Source: Sedimentisphaerales bacterium
GTDB lineage: Bacteria; Planctomycetota; Phycisphaerae; Sedimentisphaerales; SM23-30
Assembly (NCBI GenBank): GCA_963666285.1
Contig: OY762711.1
Direction: 5' to 3' (one strand)
Length of the DNA stretch: 64,000 nt
Shown: positions 1-11,086 of the stretch, one piece after another
Layout: every line of letters begins with the position of its first letter
Position numbering within the stretch: the first letter of the stretch is position 1
Program-made: the position numbers and the translations under genes
Notes under the pieces: generated by a model
Databases searched by the model: none
What the model was told of the DNA's origin: nothing
The model's input: only the letters and a program-made list of their open reading frames with translations

Positions 1-3000
1 AATCATTCGCTGCATTAACATACACACTCTGGTTTGCACTGGCACCTGTGTTATTTCCTTCCTGGTTAATCTCGGCATAAGAGTCAATATATGCATCGGT
101 GTCACTGTCCAGCAACGTTACTGTAACTGCACCAGATACTCCTACAAAACCTGCTCCCGCAGCAACAGATAAGTGGAATATATCTTCCACACTCTTAGCC
201 TGTACTACCAGGCCATTTACTGTTTCAGTGCCGAAACCGCTGCCCCCTGAACTTATTGTCCCGCTCAACATTCCGCCCAGACCGGTTCCATTACCCAGTG
301 CTGTAACCTCGGCATTTGTCGCAATATATGAATTTGTATCCTTATCGATTGATACTACACCCACTGAAGCACCAACACCAACAAAACCACCTGCCAATGC
401 ACCTGAAATGGCATCTAAATCTGTCACATCCGTTGCATATACCAGTACATCGCCACCGGCATAAACCCTTGCCCCACTGCCGATCATCGCGGTTGACTCA
501 TTATCTATTGTCAAAACATTTACCGCGCCGCCAACGCCAACTACTCCACCTGCTATTCCAAAACCTATCAGCACCAGGTCTTCACTCGAATGAGACTGAA
601 CATAAACATCATTCTGTGCTTCCAGGTCAACATTAGCACCTATATAAGCTTGTGTAGTATTATTTACAACATTTACATCTGCCGCCGGCGCTACGCCTAC
701 TGCACCGGCACCGATTGTACCGGCAACCGCAAGATTATAGAAATCACTGCCTGCCGCTACATTAACATTCTGCAGTGCATCTTCGCCGCTGCTGGCACCA
801 TTAATCGTTGCATTATCACCAATATATGCGGTGGTATTTGCTGTTACAACGTTCACCGTTGCTGATACCGCTACACCGACTGTTCCGCCGGCTATACTCA
901 TAGTGAAAGCTTCGATATTATCCTGATTGGTCGCCGTTACCGATAAACCGCGGAATCCTGTCATTGTGTTCTTAGACAAAGTTCTCTGCCCGCTGAACGA
1001 TGGATCATTTACATCATTTCCGCCGCTGCTGTCAATGTTCATTGATGACAGTTGCGGCTTCTTTACCTCACCACTGTTACTCATGGTCGCAGAACTGTCT
1101 GATGTTACACTTGAATTATTCGCTTCGATCCCCTGACCGCCTGCATTATTCGGGTCAAATGATGCTTCATAAACCGAACCGACATTAAAACCTCCGGTTG
1201 ATACCGTAAAGTAGCCGTTAACACCATCTGCCTGGACTAATGCCCCTTCACCAATAAATGCATCTGTTGTCTTATGAGATACTGTAACACCACCCGCAGC
1301 GCCAACTCCAACATAGCCGCCAACCGCCAGCACACCGACTACCTTATCCAGCTCACTGCGGTCATTAGAATCTACTACGATACTGCCCTTGGCATGAACA
1401 TTACCCGGTCCTGCCGAACCGATACCATCTTCATCACCTATAAACGCTCTGGTCGTCAGGTTCAATGTATGAACCGATGCATCCAGCCCCACACTCACAG
1501 ATCCGCTTACGCTTACACCTGCCGCTACCGAGGTAATATCTTCATTTGAGTTTGAACGAACCTCAATATCTCCTTCAATATCAGCTATTACTCCGGAATC
1601 TATATATGCCTTTGTTACTTTATCGATTACCCCTACATCTGCTCCAAGACCGACCGCTGCTGTGCCCGCTGCCGCCAGGGAACCGGCCACAGATACTATC
1701 TTGGTATTATCATAAGCATCTACCTTGAAATCCGGCATATACCAGGCCGGACTGTAAACTGTCACATTCGCCAAACGGCCGACTCGGGCAATTGTCGTCT
1801 CATCCAGCACCGTCACAACCGCAGAACCGGCAACTGCTACATCACCGGCTGCTCCGCCCGCAGCTGCTATTGTTATAATATCCTCTGATGAATCCGCTTT
1901 CACTAGAAGACCATTATACCCTCCCGCTTCTACTATCGCCCTGTCGCCAATCCATGCCTTTACTTCATCAGTATGCACCAGTGTGGTATTAGATGCTCCG
2001 ATACCGGCTGTACCGCCAACACCAACAGCACCGGCTATCAGCTTAATCTTCAGATCGCCGTCTGCTGTAATATTAAAGTCACCCGCTGCTGATACTACCG
2101 CAACGTTACCAACTGTACCATCTGCAAGGTACGCCTGGCTCTTGGTGCGTATTACCTGGACCGATGCCGAGCCTGCTACACCGGCCGAATCACCAATACC
2201 TAGATTCGCAGCAATTGAAAGTATATCTTCATCCGAATCCGAACTTATTGTTATTGCTCCGCCCGAAGATACTTCTGCATTCGCCGCAACATAAGCTCTC
2301 GTATCTTTATCGATTATGTCCAGGTCCAGGCCTGCACCTACACCGGCACCATCAGTTGATATTCCTACCGCACCGGCTGAACTGTTTATCTTTGTATTAT
2401 CTATCGCACTTATTGTTACAGACTGGCTGGTTGAACTGGATGCCTGGTTTACTGCCGCACCGCTGGCTATATATGCCTGCGTCACATGGTCAAACAGGTT
2501 AATAGTCGCCGATCCCGCTATACCAACATCGCCGCTGCTCGCTCCCGCTGCCGCTGCTACAGAAGTGATATCTACCGAACCAATAACAGGTATATCTACC
2601 GATAGCGGCGTAACCTTCGTCTCGGCCTTCACCAGCAGTGCATTATCAACATCAACATCCGCATTTCCAATATAAGCCACAGTCTCATTATCGATTACAT
2701 TCAACGCAACCGCCGCGCCAATACTATTGCCCTCACTCAAAGCTGCCGCACCGGCAACGTTCTGGATACCAATATTAACACTGGCAACCACAGAGGTATG
2801 GCGGCTGCTGTCTATTGTCGCACCATCGGCAATATATGCCGTTGAGGTCGTATCTGCTATTATTATCGATACCGAACCGGAAATACCGTTATCGCTGCCG
2901 TTACTACCGGCCATTGCCCAGGACTTATACTCATTCTGCTCGCCCGATACCATTTCTGCTTTAATCATTACATCACGACTGGTCAAAGTCGAATCGCCTA

Positions 3001-6000
3001 CATAAGCTGTATTGTTCGCTGCGATCTTATTAACTGATACCGCTGCCGCTATGTTAGTATCATTCTCGGAATCCAGTGCCTTACCTATCGCTTTTACATA
3101 TGAGTCTGTATGACCGCTTGCAATTACCTCGATATCTTCAGCACAGCTGATAGTAACGCCATTAGCAACATTTGCTGTATTTGTCGTGGTATATACATTC
3201 ACTCCTACTGCCGCCGCTATACCTACACCGGACGATCCGCTGCTTGACTCTTCACTTGCACTATCGCTCGCACTGCTGGTCTCATCGCTTGCCGACGGCA
3301 GACTCTGGCCGCTTGTGTTCGAATTGCCATTTGCCTGTTTATTCGCTTCGGTATCTGCATCATTACCACTGGAACTGTTACCCTTGGCACTCGCCAGGAT
3401 CTCCATATAACTGTCATTATTATAGTTTGACCGTACCTGTACATCACCGCTGCTGGTCGTTATATTCCTATGCAAAGTAGCACTAACAATTTCATCACTA
3501 ACCGCAACTCCGACCGCCGCTCCAACACCAACATCGCTGCCCGCGGCTTCTGCATCTGCCGTCGTGATAACACTTGAACTATGATCTGCCCGTATCTCTA
3601 CCTTACCCTGCGTATTCAGCGTTGAACCGCTTGTTCCCACTCTTGCCGTTGTGGTATTTGCTGATATTGTTATCGCAACCGACGGGCTTACCGCCACATC
3701 TCCGGCCGCACCGGCAACTGCTTTAGTACGAACTATATGGTCCGCTTCTGCAACTACTTCAACCGTACCGCTATTAGTCAGGCTTGCACCATCCTGAATC
3801 TCGGCCCTGGTTATAGTATTCTTGGGCGTATTCATCGCTACCGATGCACCTACACCAACATCAGCACTGCCGGGAACCTTGGAATTTGCCGTGGCTATAC
3901 TAACTGTCGAGCTTACCGCACGTACTATCACATTCTGGCCGCTGCTGCCGCCGTCTGTTCCATCGGCACTCACTGCTGCACCGGTATGCACTGAAGCTTC
4001 AGTCTTAATATTAACCTTGTTTAAACTGAACGCACCGGCAACACCAACATCTGTAGCGCCGGCACCGGCTGTAGCCTCGGCTATATAAACATCAACAACC
4101 TCGAAACTATGCTCCGTTCCGGTTGCCTTGCTCTTATCCAGATCTATCGCCTCGTCCGCATTTGCATCTGCTATAGTCTTGGCCAGTTTGATCTTCTCTG
4201 GGGCATCCTTATCAAAGATCACATAGTATACTTCACCATCTTTCAGACCGCCAATCGCCTTATTACCGTCACCGGTATGATACACTACGGCATCGCCGGT
4301 CTTCAAGCCATGATCGTCACCCAACTCGATTGTCTCATTACCTTCGGTATCAACCACATCATTTGTCGGATGGAAATTATGAGTCTGGTTATCTTCCAGT
4401 ACATCTACTACCACACCCTCGGCATTAACCGTAGCTGCTCCTATCACAGATTCTGACACAACATCACCGGCATTAATCGCTACCGCAGCTCCAATACCAA
4501 TCTCACTATTTGTTGCACTACCGTCTGCAATTGCAATATTATCATTATTCGCCGTTGTTACCAGCCGAAAATCGTCTGCTGCATTAATAACCACACCATC
4601 TGCTATGCTTGCTGTTGCACGTGCATCTGCTACATTAATACTGATCGCCGCCGCTACTACCACCGCCCCGTCAGAGCTTTCCGCTGACGGTGTTTCAGTT
4701 GTACTGCCTTCGCCGCCGCCCTCGGTTGTAGAACGACCTTCAGCCGCTGTTCGCTGGTTGCCTGCTTCCTGATCAACATCATCCGGCTGGCTCGCATCAC
4801 TATTACGGTCGCTCTCTGTCTGGGCTCCCGCAGCACTAGCCTTTGCATGTGTCACCGTCTTAGTATCTGCATCTGTTGTAAACCTTACATTACCGCCGGC
4901 AGTGATCGAGCGGTTACTGGTCGACAACGCTATATCTTCCATGCTGTTCAGCGCCAAAGATGCTCCTATCGCGGCATCCTCACCCTCGGCATCACCTTCA
5001 GCTACTGTATCTACCACGCTGGTATGGTCTGCGTTCAGCTGCAGGTTACCTGTTACCGTTAACGCTCCTGCTCCACTTTCCACTATCGCAGTGGTATTAT
5101 TATTCGCTACCAAAATCGCAACTACTGGGGTTATAGCTGTCCCGCCGGATGCTTCCGCGCCGCCTTTTGCCTCGGTATCAATTGCATGGTTGCCGGTCGC
5201 CGACAATGTTACATCATCCGCATTTGCCAGTATCACACCACTTCCAATAGAAGCTTTTACATTATTCGTTACCAGGTGCGTTACTACCGACGCTCCCAGC
5301 CCCAGGCTCTCACCCGATGCTCCTTCGTCCGGTAATGCCCTGCCGCGGCTCCGGGTCTTACTGCTCGCGGTTAACGCTATATCTGCACCATTAACATCCA
5401 GGCTGGCACCGGCATTAATTGTCGCCACTATATTAGTGTTGATTATATTTATCGCCAGTGAACCAGCTACCCCAACATCACCTCCACCTGCTCCGGACTT
5501 ACTTACTGCCTCCATATAATCCTTGCGGCCAAAACCATGATTGGTTCCGGTTGCCGCCGTTCCGTCAATATCTATTGCCGTACCGTCTGCCGCGTTATCT
5601 GCTGATTCCGCCAGCTTAATCAAATCAGGATTTGAGTCATCATAGATTACATAATACTTCGTACCGTTTTCCAACCCGCCGATTGCGGTATTACCTTCAC
5701 CGGCACTGTAAGTTATTACGTCACCGGTTCGCAAACCATGGTTTGCGCCGAGATTAATCGTATTCCCGCTGCTGTCAACTACATCCGTCGCCGTTGGGTC
5801 AAATTCATAGCTTCGGTCATTCTTTCTCGCTTCAACCGTTATCGTACCGGCTGTTATATCAACATTTCCCAACCAGGCTTTTGTATCAATATCAACATAA
5901 TTGATTGCAACTGCTACACCAACTCCCGGATCACCGTCTGTCGCACTGCCGTCCGCCCAAGCCGAACCCATCTCAGAGCTTGCTGCACGAACCGTTACAT

Positions 6001-7225
6001 CGCCAGCTTCAATTGCTCCCGTACTGCTGATATATGCCTGGGTCAGACTATTGAAATCCGTTACCGCCAATGCCGCGGCTATCTGAACATCACCATCACT
6101 AGTCTCGGCATCATTAGAATCAAGCTGCTGCTCAGTTTCGCTGTCATTACTGGAATCCCCGCCGCTGCTCTCCGCACCGCCTCGGGTCGATATCGCCTGA
6201 CTGCGAACATTCGCCGTCGAATCTGCCAAAACATTAATCGCTCCCGCAGCTGTACCGGTATGAACTGTACCATCAATATACGCCTGAACATCGCCGCCCA
6301 TATATGAAAACGCCAGCGTCGCACCTGCCGCTCCGCTGCCGCCCGCTGTACCATCCGCCAGAGCCAAACCTGTCACATTACTACCGGCATCAACCGTTAT
6401 TGTACCGCCTACATCCAGCTGGGTATTTCCGGATATATGTGCTAATGACTCGGTAAGCAATACATTTACTGCAATCGCCGCATCAACCGTTGAACTGCTG
6501 CCGGATTCTGACTCTGCTTTTGCAAATGCATCAATAATTGTATCTGTTTCAATTGTAAAATCGCCGCTAACCGTTATAGTTGAGTCGCTTATATTTACTT
6601 CAGCATTAGACTGACCAACAATTACTGCTGTTTTGATGCTGCTCAGTGAAAAACCGTCCGTATCAACGTCTAAATCAGAAACTGCCGATAGGGTTACATT
6701 AGACGCCGTAATGGTAGCACCAGATACGTCTATCGAAGCATCCGCCGTCGATAACACAACCTCGTCAAAATCCAGACCCAGATCAAGGCCAAACGTCGAA
6801 TCTGTCCACGCATCCAGCATGCTCCGTGCATCAGCCGTTGCCTTCAGATCTAAGTCATCAACAATAACGGTCGAACCAGATGCAACCGTTATCGACTCTG
6901 CATTAGTTACCTCAAGGTCAAACGAACCCATATCGATCGAACGGATCTCAAGGCTGTCATTACCACCGCCAAGGTCAATGCTCACATCCTCGGTAACCTC
7001 AAATGCGTACGTATAGCTGCCGCCATGCAGCTTCAAACGCAGAGGATCACCCGGGTATGCAGAGTCATGCTCCAATACCAGGTCATTGTCTGAGTCATTA
7101 ACCGTGATCGCTCCATCAAGCAGCAATCGCTGTTCTAACTGCTCAAGACGCAGATATGGATTTGTGTTCTTGTTATCTTCCCGTAAAGACTTCTTCAGCT
7201 TCTTTAATAGTTTCCTGTAACCCAT
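1..7225 (-). CDS. Giant LEPR-XLL-domain surface protein / filamentous beta-helical adhesin (leukotoxin LktA-like repeats); 3' end runs off the window
   Basis: ATG at 7225 with GAAGGAG RBS. Translation begins MGYRKLLKKLKKSLREDNKNTNPYLRLEQLEQRLLLDG, containing the planctomycete LEPR-XLL motif. The same frame reads open at position 2 (...SANQSVYVNAAND) with Ala/Gly/Ser/Val/Asp-rich repeats; not every codon was checked. It is missing from the ORF track, consistent with no stop codon in the window. Confidence 0.85.
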   Translation of the reverse strand, partial: MGYRKLLKKLKKSLREDNKNTNPYLRLEQLEQRLLLDGAITVNDSDNDLVLEHDSAYPGDPLRLKLHGGSYTYAFEVTEDVSIDLGGGNDSLEIRSIDMGSFDLEVTNAESITVASGSTVIVDDLDLKATADARSMLDAWTDSTFGLDLGLDFDEVVLSTADASIDVSGATITASNVTLSAVSDLDVDTDGFSLSSIKTAVIVGQSNAEVNISDSTITVSGDFTIETDTIIDAFAKAESESGSSSTVDAAIAVNVLLTESLAHISGNTQLDVGGTITVDAGSNVTGLALADGTAGGSGAAGATLAFSYMGGDVQAYIDGTVHTGTAAGAINVLADSTANVRSQAISTRGGAESSGGDSSNDSETEQQLDSNDAETSDGDVQIAAALAVTDFNSLTQAYISSTGAIEAGDVTVRAASSEMGSAWADGSATDGDPGVGVAVAINYVDIDTKAWLGNVDITAGTITVEARKNDRSYEFDPTATDVVDSSGNTINLGANHGLRTGDVITYSAGEGNTAIGGLENGTKYYVIYDDSNPDLIKLAESADNAADGTAIDIDGTAATGTNHGFGRKDYMEAVSKSGAGGGDVGVAGSLAINIINTNIVATINAGASLDVNGADIALTASSKTRSRGRALPDEGASGESLGLGASVVTHLVTNNVKASIGSGVILANADDVTLSATGNHAIDTEAKGGAEASGGTAITPVVAILVANNNTTAIVESGAGALTVTGNLQLNADHTSVVDTVAEGDAEGEDAAIGASLALNSMEDIALSTSNRSITAGGNVRFTTDADTKTVTHAKASAAGAQTESDRNSDASQPDDVDQEAGNQRTAAEGRSTTEGGGEGSTTETPSAESSDGAVVVAAAISINVADARATASIADGVVINAADDFRLVTTANNDNIAIADGSATNSEIGIGAAVAINAGDVVSESVIGAATVNAEGVVVDVLEDNQTHNFHPTNDVVDTEGNETIELGDDHGLKTGDAVVYHTGDGNKAIGGLKDGEVYYVIFDKDAPEKIKLAKTIADANADEAIDLDKSKATGTEHSFEVVDVYIAEATAGAGATDVGVAGAFSLNKVNIKTEASVHTGAAVSADGTDGGSSGQNVIVRAVSSTVSIATANSKVPGSADVGVGASVAMNTPKNTITRAEIQDGASLTNSGTVEVVAEADHIVRTKAVAGAAGDVAVSPSVAITISANTTTARVGTSGSTLNTQGKVEIRADHSSSVITTADAEAAGSDVGVGAAVGVAVSDEIVSATLHRNITTSSGDVQVRSNYNNDSYMEILASAKGNSSSGNDADTEANKQANGNSNTSGQSLPSASDETSSASDSASEESSSGSSGVGIAAAVGVNVYTTTNTANVANGVTISCAEDIEVIASGHTDSYVKAIGKALDSENDTNIAAAVSVNKIAANNTAYVGDSTLTSRDVMIKAEMVSGEQNEYKSWAMAGSNGSDNGISGSVSIIIADTTSTAYIADGATIDSSRHTSVVASVNIGIQNVAGAAALSEGNSIGAAVALNVIDNETVAYIGNADVDVDNALLVKAETKVTPLSVDIPVIGSVDITSVAAAAGASSGDVGIAGSATINLFDHVTQAYIASGAAVNQASSSTSQSVTISAIDNTKINSSAGAVGISTDGAGVGAGLDLDIIDKDTRAYVAANAEVSSGGAITISSDSDEDILSIAANLGIGDSAGVAGSASVQVIRTKSQAYLADGTVGNVAVVSAAGDFNITADGDLKIKLIAGAVGVGGTAGIGASNTTLVHTDEVKAWIGDRAIVEAGGYNGLLVKADSSEDIITIAAAGGAAGDVAVAGSAVVTVLDETTIARVGRLANVTVYSPAWYMPDFKVDAYDNTKIVSVAGSLAAAGTAAVGLGADVGVIDKVTKAYIDSGVIADIEGDIEVRSNSNEDITSVAAGVSVSGSVSVGLDASVHTLNLTTRAFIGDEDGIGSAGPGNVHAKGSIVVDSNDRSELDKVVGVLAVGGYVGVGAAGGVTVSHKTTDAFIGEGALVQADGVNGYFTVSTGGFNVGSVYEASFDPNNAGGQGIEANNSSVTSDSSATMSNSGEVKKPQLSSMNIDSSGGNDVNDPSFSGQRTLSKNTMTGFRGLSVTATNQDNIEAFTMSIAGGTVGVAVSATVNVVTANTTAYIGDNATINGASSGEDALQNVNVAAGSDFYNLAVAGTIGAGAVGVAPAADVNVVNNTTQAYIGANVDLEAQNDVYVQSHSSEDLVLIGFGIAGGVVGVGGAVNVLTIDNESTAMIGSGARVYAGGDVLVYATDVTDLDAISGALAGGFVGVGASVGVVSIDKDTNSYIATNAEVTALGNGTGLGGMLSGTISSGGSGFGTETVNGLVVQAKSVEDIFHLSVAAGAGFVGVSGAVTVTLLDSDTDAYIDSYAEINQEGNNTGASANQSVYVNAAND
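4103..4380 (-). repeat. Internal ~90-aa repeat module, copy 2 (HGLxTGDxVxY...AIGGL...YYVI...IKLA)
   Basis: FHPTNDVVDTEGNETIELGDDHGLKTGDAVVYHTGDGNKAIGGLKDGEVYYVIFDKDAPEKIKLA; matches the copy at 5531-5805. Confidence 0.8.
5531..5805 (-). repeat. Internal ~90-aa repeat module, copy 1
   Basis: FDPTATDVVDSSGNTINLGANHGLRTGDVITYSAGEGNTAIGGLENGTKYYVIYDDSNPDLIKLA. Confidence 0.8.
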
Positions 7226-7937
7226 GACAGAAACTCCTTCTCGTAGACCGTGAATACAGCCTATATTTCAAATTTTCAGCAGTTCATCACCTGGAAATCC
7301 AGGCGCAATAATTCTCATCAAAATACTAAAATAGCGCAGTCAACGTACATATCCCCTCGATACTTACCTTGACAAAACACCAAATTCCTGAACCGGAGCC
7401 TAAAAAGTTGAGGTGTAAAGTTTTTCTTTCGTAATTGAAAACTCATGTCAAGAACATCAGCCAATGCTTCATTACCCGCTGCATAGCTTACTTTCCTTCA
7501 TGCGTTTTCATAATCAAAGCAAATTCTAAAGTTTTCTCAACAACTCCATTTCTCCTTATTCCTTGCATACAATAGCCTTACGACTTCTTGCACTCAGCAA
7601 CAAACTGAAAAGTATTATATCAAATTCTAGACATGTATGTCAATGTATTTCAAGTAGATAAGAGAAAATTTGCCCATTTTTTAATCAACTTTTTTTATAT
7701 ATACCATTCATATTACCCGCTTATTATCAAATTTACCACCCCATAACATTATAATTTATTAAGCCGAACTTCCAATTATTTCACACCTCCAACCTGTCTT
7801 AATACTCTCCCATAACCAAAGCTGACAATATTAACAAAAATATAGCGTGAAACAGTATCACCATCTCACGCCGGCGTTTTTTTTACATGCTTTGATCAAT
7901 AAATTATTATTATTTCCGTATCAAAGACAATATCTGC

Positions 7938-8510
7938 TTATCTTCGTCTTGCTAATGCCAGCCCGCCCGCACCAAACATTAATAATATACAAGGTTCTGG
8001 AATGGCGGTGAATTGTAAATCAATGGTTCCTGAATCATATAGCACTAAATCACCAGCATTAGTTTTGATTCCTGTATGATCTTCCCATTGCATAAGCTCA
8101 CCAGTACAAGTAATCCCCAAAATAGGGGTTACCAGATCCCAGCTTTCGAAAATATCTATAGGGCCAAGCCAGATTAGATCTGAACCAGAGCTGCCACTTC
8201 TTGAAAATCCTGCAATCTTACTGTTATTATTTATAAATGTACGTGTTGCTGTTGTTATCTCATAGCTGCCAAGGCCGTCAATATCAATATAAGCATTTAC
8301 ATGATTGACATATTTACTACCAGAATAAGATAACACAATATCATCAGTGTCAGCATAAGCTTTTATTACGAAGTTTCTTCCCAAAAAAGCTACTCCATTT
8401 AATGTTCCGGAACCGGAACCTTCAAAAACATACTCCAATGGAGCCGACTCTAGACTTTGACTATTTAGAAATACCACAAACAACACCAAAAGCAGACACA
8501 ACTTCTTCAT
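7938..8510 (-). CDS. PEP-CTERM sorting domain protein
   Basis: Signal peptide; C-terminus IPEPCILLMFGAGGLALARRR; AGGAG RBS. Confidence 0.9.
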   Translation of the reverse strand: MKKLCLLLVLFVVFLNSQSLESAPLEYVFEGSGSGTLNGVAFLGRNFVIKAYADTDDIVLSYSGSKYVNHVNAYIDIDGLGSYEITTATRTFINNNSKIAGFSRSGSSGSDLIWLGPIDIFESWDLVTPILGITCTGELMQWEDHTGIKTNAGDLVLYDSGTIDLQFTAIPEPCILLMFGAGGLALARRR

Positions 8511-8852
8511 CTGAATTTCTCCTGAAAAATTACTTACTCAAAGTGACCGGTTTTACACCTTGCTTTATTGTAACACATTATAGAGCAATCTGTTGCATTA
8601 CTAAATTAAATTTGGTTGCCGCCTGCGCTGAGTTCATCAAAGGGCTGCGGCATTCCTTGTCTAATATCCAATACCTGGCAACTAATACGCAAAATAGATC
8701 TTCAAAATAAAACTATCACATATTCAAGCAACCACACTGCAAAACGCATTTTTAGATTTACTCTGATATTATACCATAATTATGTTAAAAGATAATAATC
8801 TATTCAATAAATTTATATGCTTTCCATTACTATCTATTTTTTAACAACTTAC

Positions 8853-10685
8853 CTACTTTTTCGCCTCCACAAGAGCCTTGTCGATATTACCGTAACCTTT
8901 TTCCCACTCATTTAGACGGGTAATATTCTTTTTCTTCGCTATCTCAACAAATCGAACATAAACCTCATCAATAGATTCTGGCATCGGCCACTTGATTCCG
9001 CTCTCGTCTGCCTGCTGCCTCATTTCCTTCCAGCACATCATAAATGCATACATTACCGGCAACTCTGCACATTGCACCCGAAACCGCAGTACAGCATCAT
9101 CACTTACCGATTTTTCTGCCGACTGCAAATAATTCCACGACTTAGCCATAACCTCATACGAAATAAACTTTGATGATGCACCATGCCAGCCAACATTAAC
9201 TTTTGAATTAGCAATACCGGCAAAACAGCCCAGATAGTCACCTGCCTTGGCTGACTCATTATGTATCAATTCAAGATATGCTTTTATATCTTTGCCCGCC
9301 GGCCCATAATACCCCGCCAGAAATTCATCTATCAGCTTCTGGCTGTCAAGACTCGGGTCCCATAGCAGCTTGGCCAGCACCCACGCCCGCAGCTCTGCCA
9401 TCTCTGCCCCGTTTGTTGAATACGCTCCCTGCTCAAATATCCCTTTTGCTCCATGATCGACAAGAAACTTCACATTTGGCCCCAAAACATTCAAATTCGG
9501 ATGCGGTAAGACATGATGCTTGAAATTTGTCACATAATCCCAGATATACAACCGGTCACATATTTTAGACCACCCGATTATATCTTCCTGAAACGCCTTG
9601 TTTCTTTCATGTTCAAATGGCACACCAAAAGAACATTCAATCGAACATAAACGCACAATTACATTTTCTCGGGGCTTTACCAGCTTCGGCGGCTTGCGAG
9701 TATACTGATACGCCAGGGTACTGATTGCCACTTCAGGAAACTCTTCCTCGATATCCTCGGCTACTTTATTAACAAACCGAATCATCGCTCCCGCCTGGCT
9801 GCCTTCTTCGGCATAAATTGCCGAACATTCTGGACAAGTACAATATCCATACCAGTCATTCTGCGAAACTGATGCTATCGTAGCCTCAGGCATACTGCGA
9901 AGCTTCTCCTTAAGGTTCTTAACCAGCTCTTTTCGCATTTGCTCATTTGACAGGCACAGCTGGGCCCTTTCTGTTTTTCGCTTACCCTTAATCTCGCTAA
10001 ACCATTCCGGATGATCCTTAAAATACTTATCCGGTGGTATCAGCGAATAAAATGTATGCACAAAACCACAGTACACATGCTTGCCGCCATGGCGGCTCTC
10101 CAGGCTCGGCCGATGCCCGTTATTCTTATTTCGGGCCGCCCAGTCACCATTAAACGCATCATACCAGTACGGTTCACGATATTCCAGCGGAGGGTTATAT
10201 ACCAAATCATAATCCTTAACAACTATTTCCGGCTTACTGGGAATTGTACTCGCATCTGACGACCACCACCGGCATCCCAGATCATCCAAAAAGGTATATA
10301 CCGCATACAGCGTGCCTCTCGGCGGATCACCTGCCAAAATCAGGTTCCTGCCGTCCGTCTGGATAATTATTCCATCAGTCTCTAGCTCTTCTATTGGCAA
10401 ATCTGGCTTGATCTGCCTGGCCGCCTTCTCGCCAACATAAATATTGACCTTATCAGCATCCGCTTTATCTGACACCTCATATTTCGCTCCCGTTATCTCG
10501 CCTAAATATTTCGCCAGCTCATTCGATGCATACTGATCTGCCTCAGGCGAATCTGCTCCCAACACGATAACTGCACTCCCGCTGCTGCCGCCTATAATAA
10601 TTGCACCACCATCTGATGCCGCTGCATTCCCACAACAGCCATAAACAAACACCGGCACCAAAAACAAAAACCTCAGCATTTTCAT
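8853..10685 (-). CDS. DUF4838 domain secreted protein with a GH67/GH20-like N-terminal domain
   Basis: RGTLYAVYTFLDDLGCRWW, HTFYSLIPP..YF..HPEWF, QLCLSN and CxCxxC motifs. ATG 10685 lies 7 nt after AGGAG (the track uses TTG 10691). Confidence 0.85.
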   Translation of the reverse strand: MKMLRFLFLVPVFVYGCCGNAAASDGGAIIIGGSSGSAVIVLGADSPEADQYASNELAKYLGEITGAKYEVSDKADADKVNIYVGEKAARQIKPDLPIEELETDGIIIQTDGRNLILAGDPPRGTLYAVYTFLDDLGCRWWSSDASTIPSKPEIVVKDYDLVYNPPLEYREPYWYDAFNGDWAARNKNNGHRPSLESRHGGKHVYCGFVHTFYSLIPPDKYFKDHPEWFSEIKGKRKTERAQLCLSNEQMRKELVKNLKEKLRSMPEATIASVSQNDWYGYCTCPECSAIYAEEGSQAGAMIRFVNKVAEDIEEEFPEVAISTLAYQYTRKPPKLVKPRENVIVRLCSIECSFGVPFEHERNKAFQEDIIGWSKICDRLYIWDYVTNFKHHVLPHPNLNVLGPNVKFLVDHGAKGIFEQGAYSTNGAEMAELRAWVLAKLLWDPSLDSQKLIDEFLAGYYGPAGKDIKAYLELIHNESAKAGDYLGCFAGIANSKVNVGWHGASSKFISYEVMAKSWNYLQSAEKSVSDDAVLRFRVQCAELPVMYAFMMCWKEMRQQADESGIKWPMPESIDEVYVRFVEIAKKKNITRLNEWEKGYGNIDKALVEAKK

Positions 10686-10703
10686 TTCCAAACTCCTGTA
10701 TTT

Positions 10704-10867
10704 AGGGTACTTCTAGAAATTGCTTTTTGTTGCGAAAGTGAGGAGTTTTGTTTGCTGGCAAGAAAGATAAAATCGTGCATATTGAGCTTTATTCGCGGTT
10801 TTATCTGACGCAAGCCAGAAAGCAAAAGAACCATCTTTCGCTAAAAATAAATTTTTAGAAGTGCCCT
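10704..10867. mobile_element. 164-bp MITE-like fold-back element with 18-bp terminal inverted repeats
   Basis: Left end AGGGTACTTCTAGAAATT versus reverse complement of the right end AGGGCACTTCTAAAAATT (16/18). Internal arms also pair (gctggc/gccag, agataaaatcgtg/cgcggttttatct). Confidence 0.75.
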
Positions 10868-11086
10868 TCAATCATATATCAATACCTGACAACTAACACT
10901 TCTCAAACTGGCCATCGGACAGTTTGAATTATTTATAGAGTCCGTATTATTACCGCATTTGTCAAGAACAAAAGCTGACAGTCATCTTGAAATTATCGTG
11001 AAATAATGTAAAATGTTAAATTCACTCTTTCCTGGATGCAATTGTTGCCCAAATAACAAAAAAAGTATTAAATTAGGAATTTTGCT

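Noticed and set aside
99..7016. Many plus-strand ORFs (e.g. 4902-5519, 5738-6307)
   Set aside because: Antisense shadows of the giant minus-strand gene.
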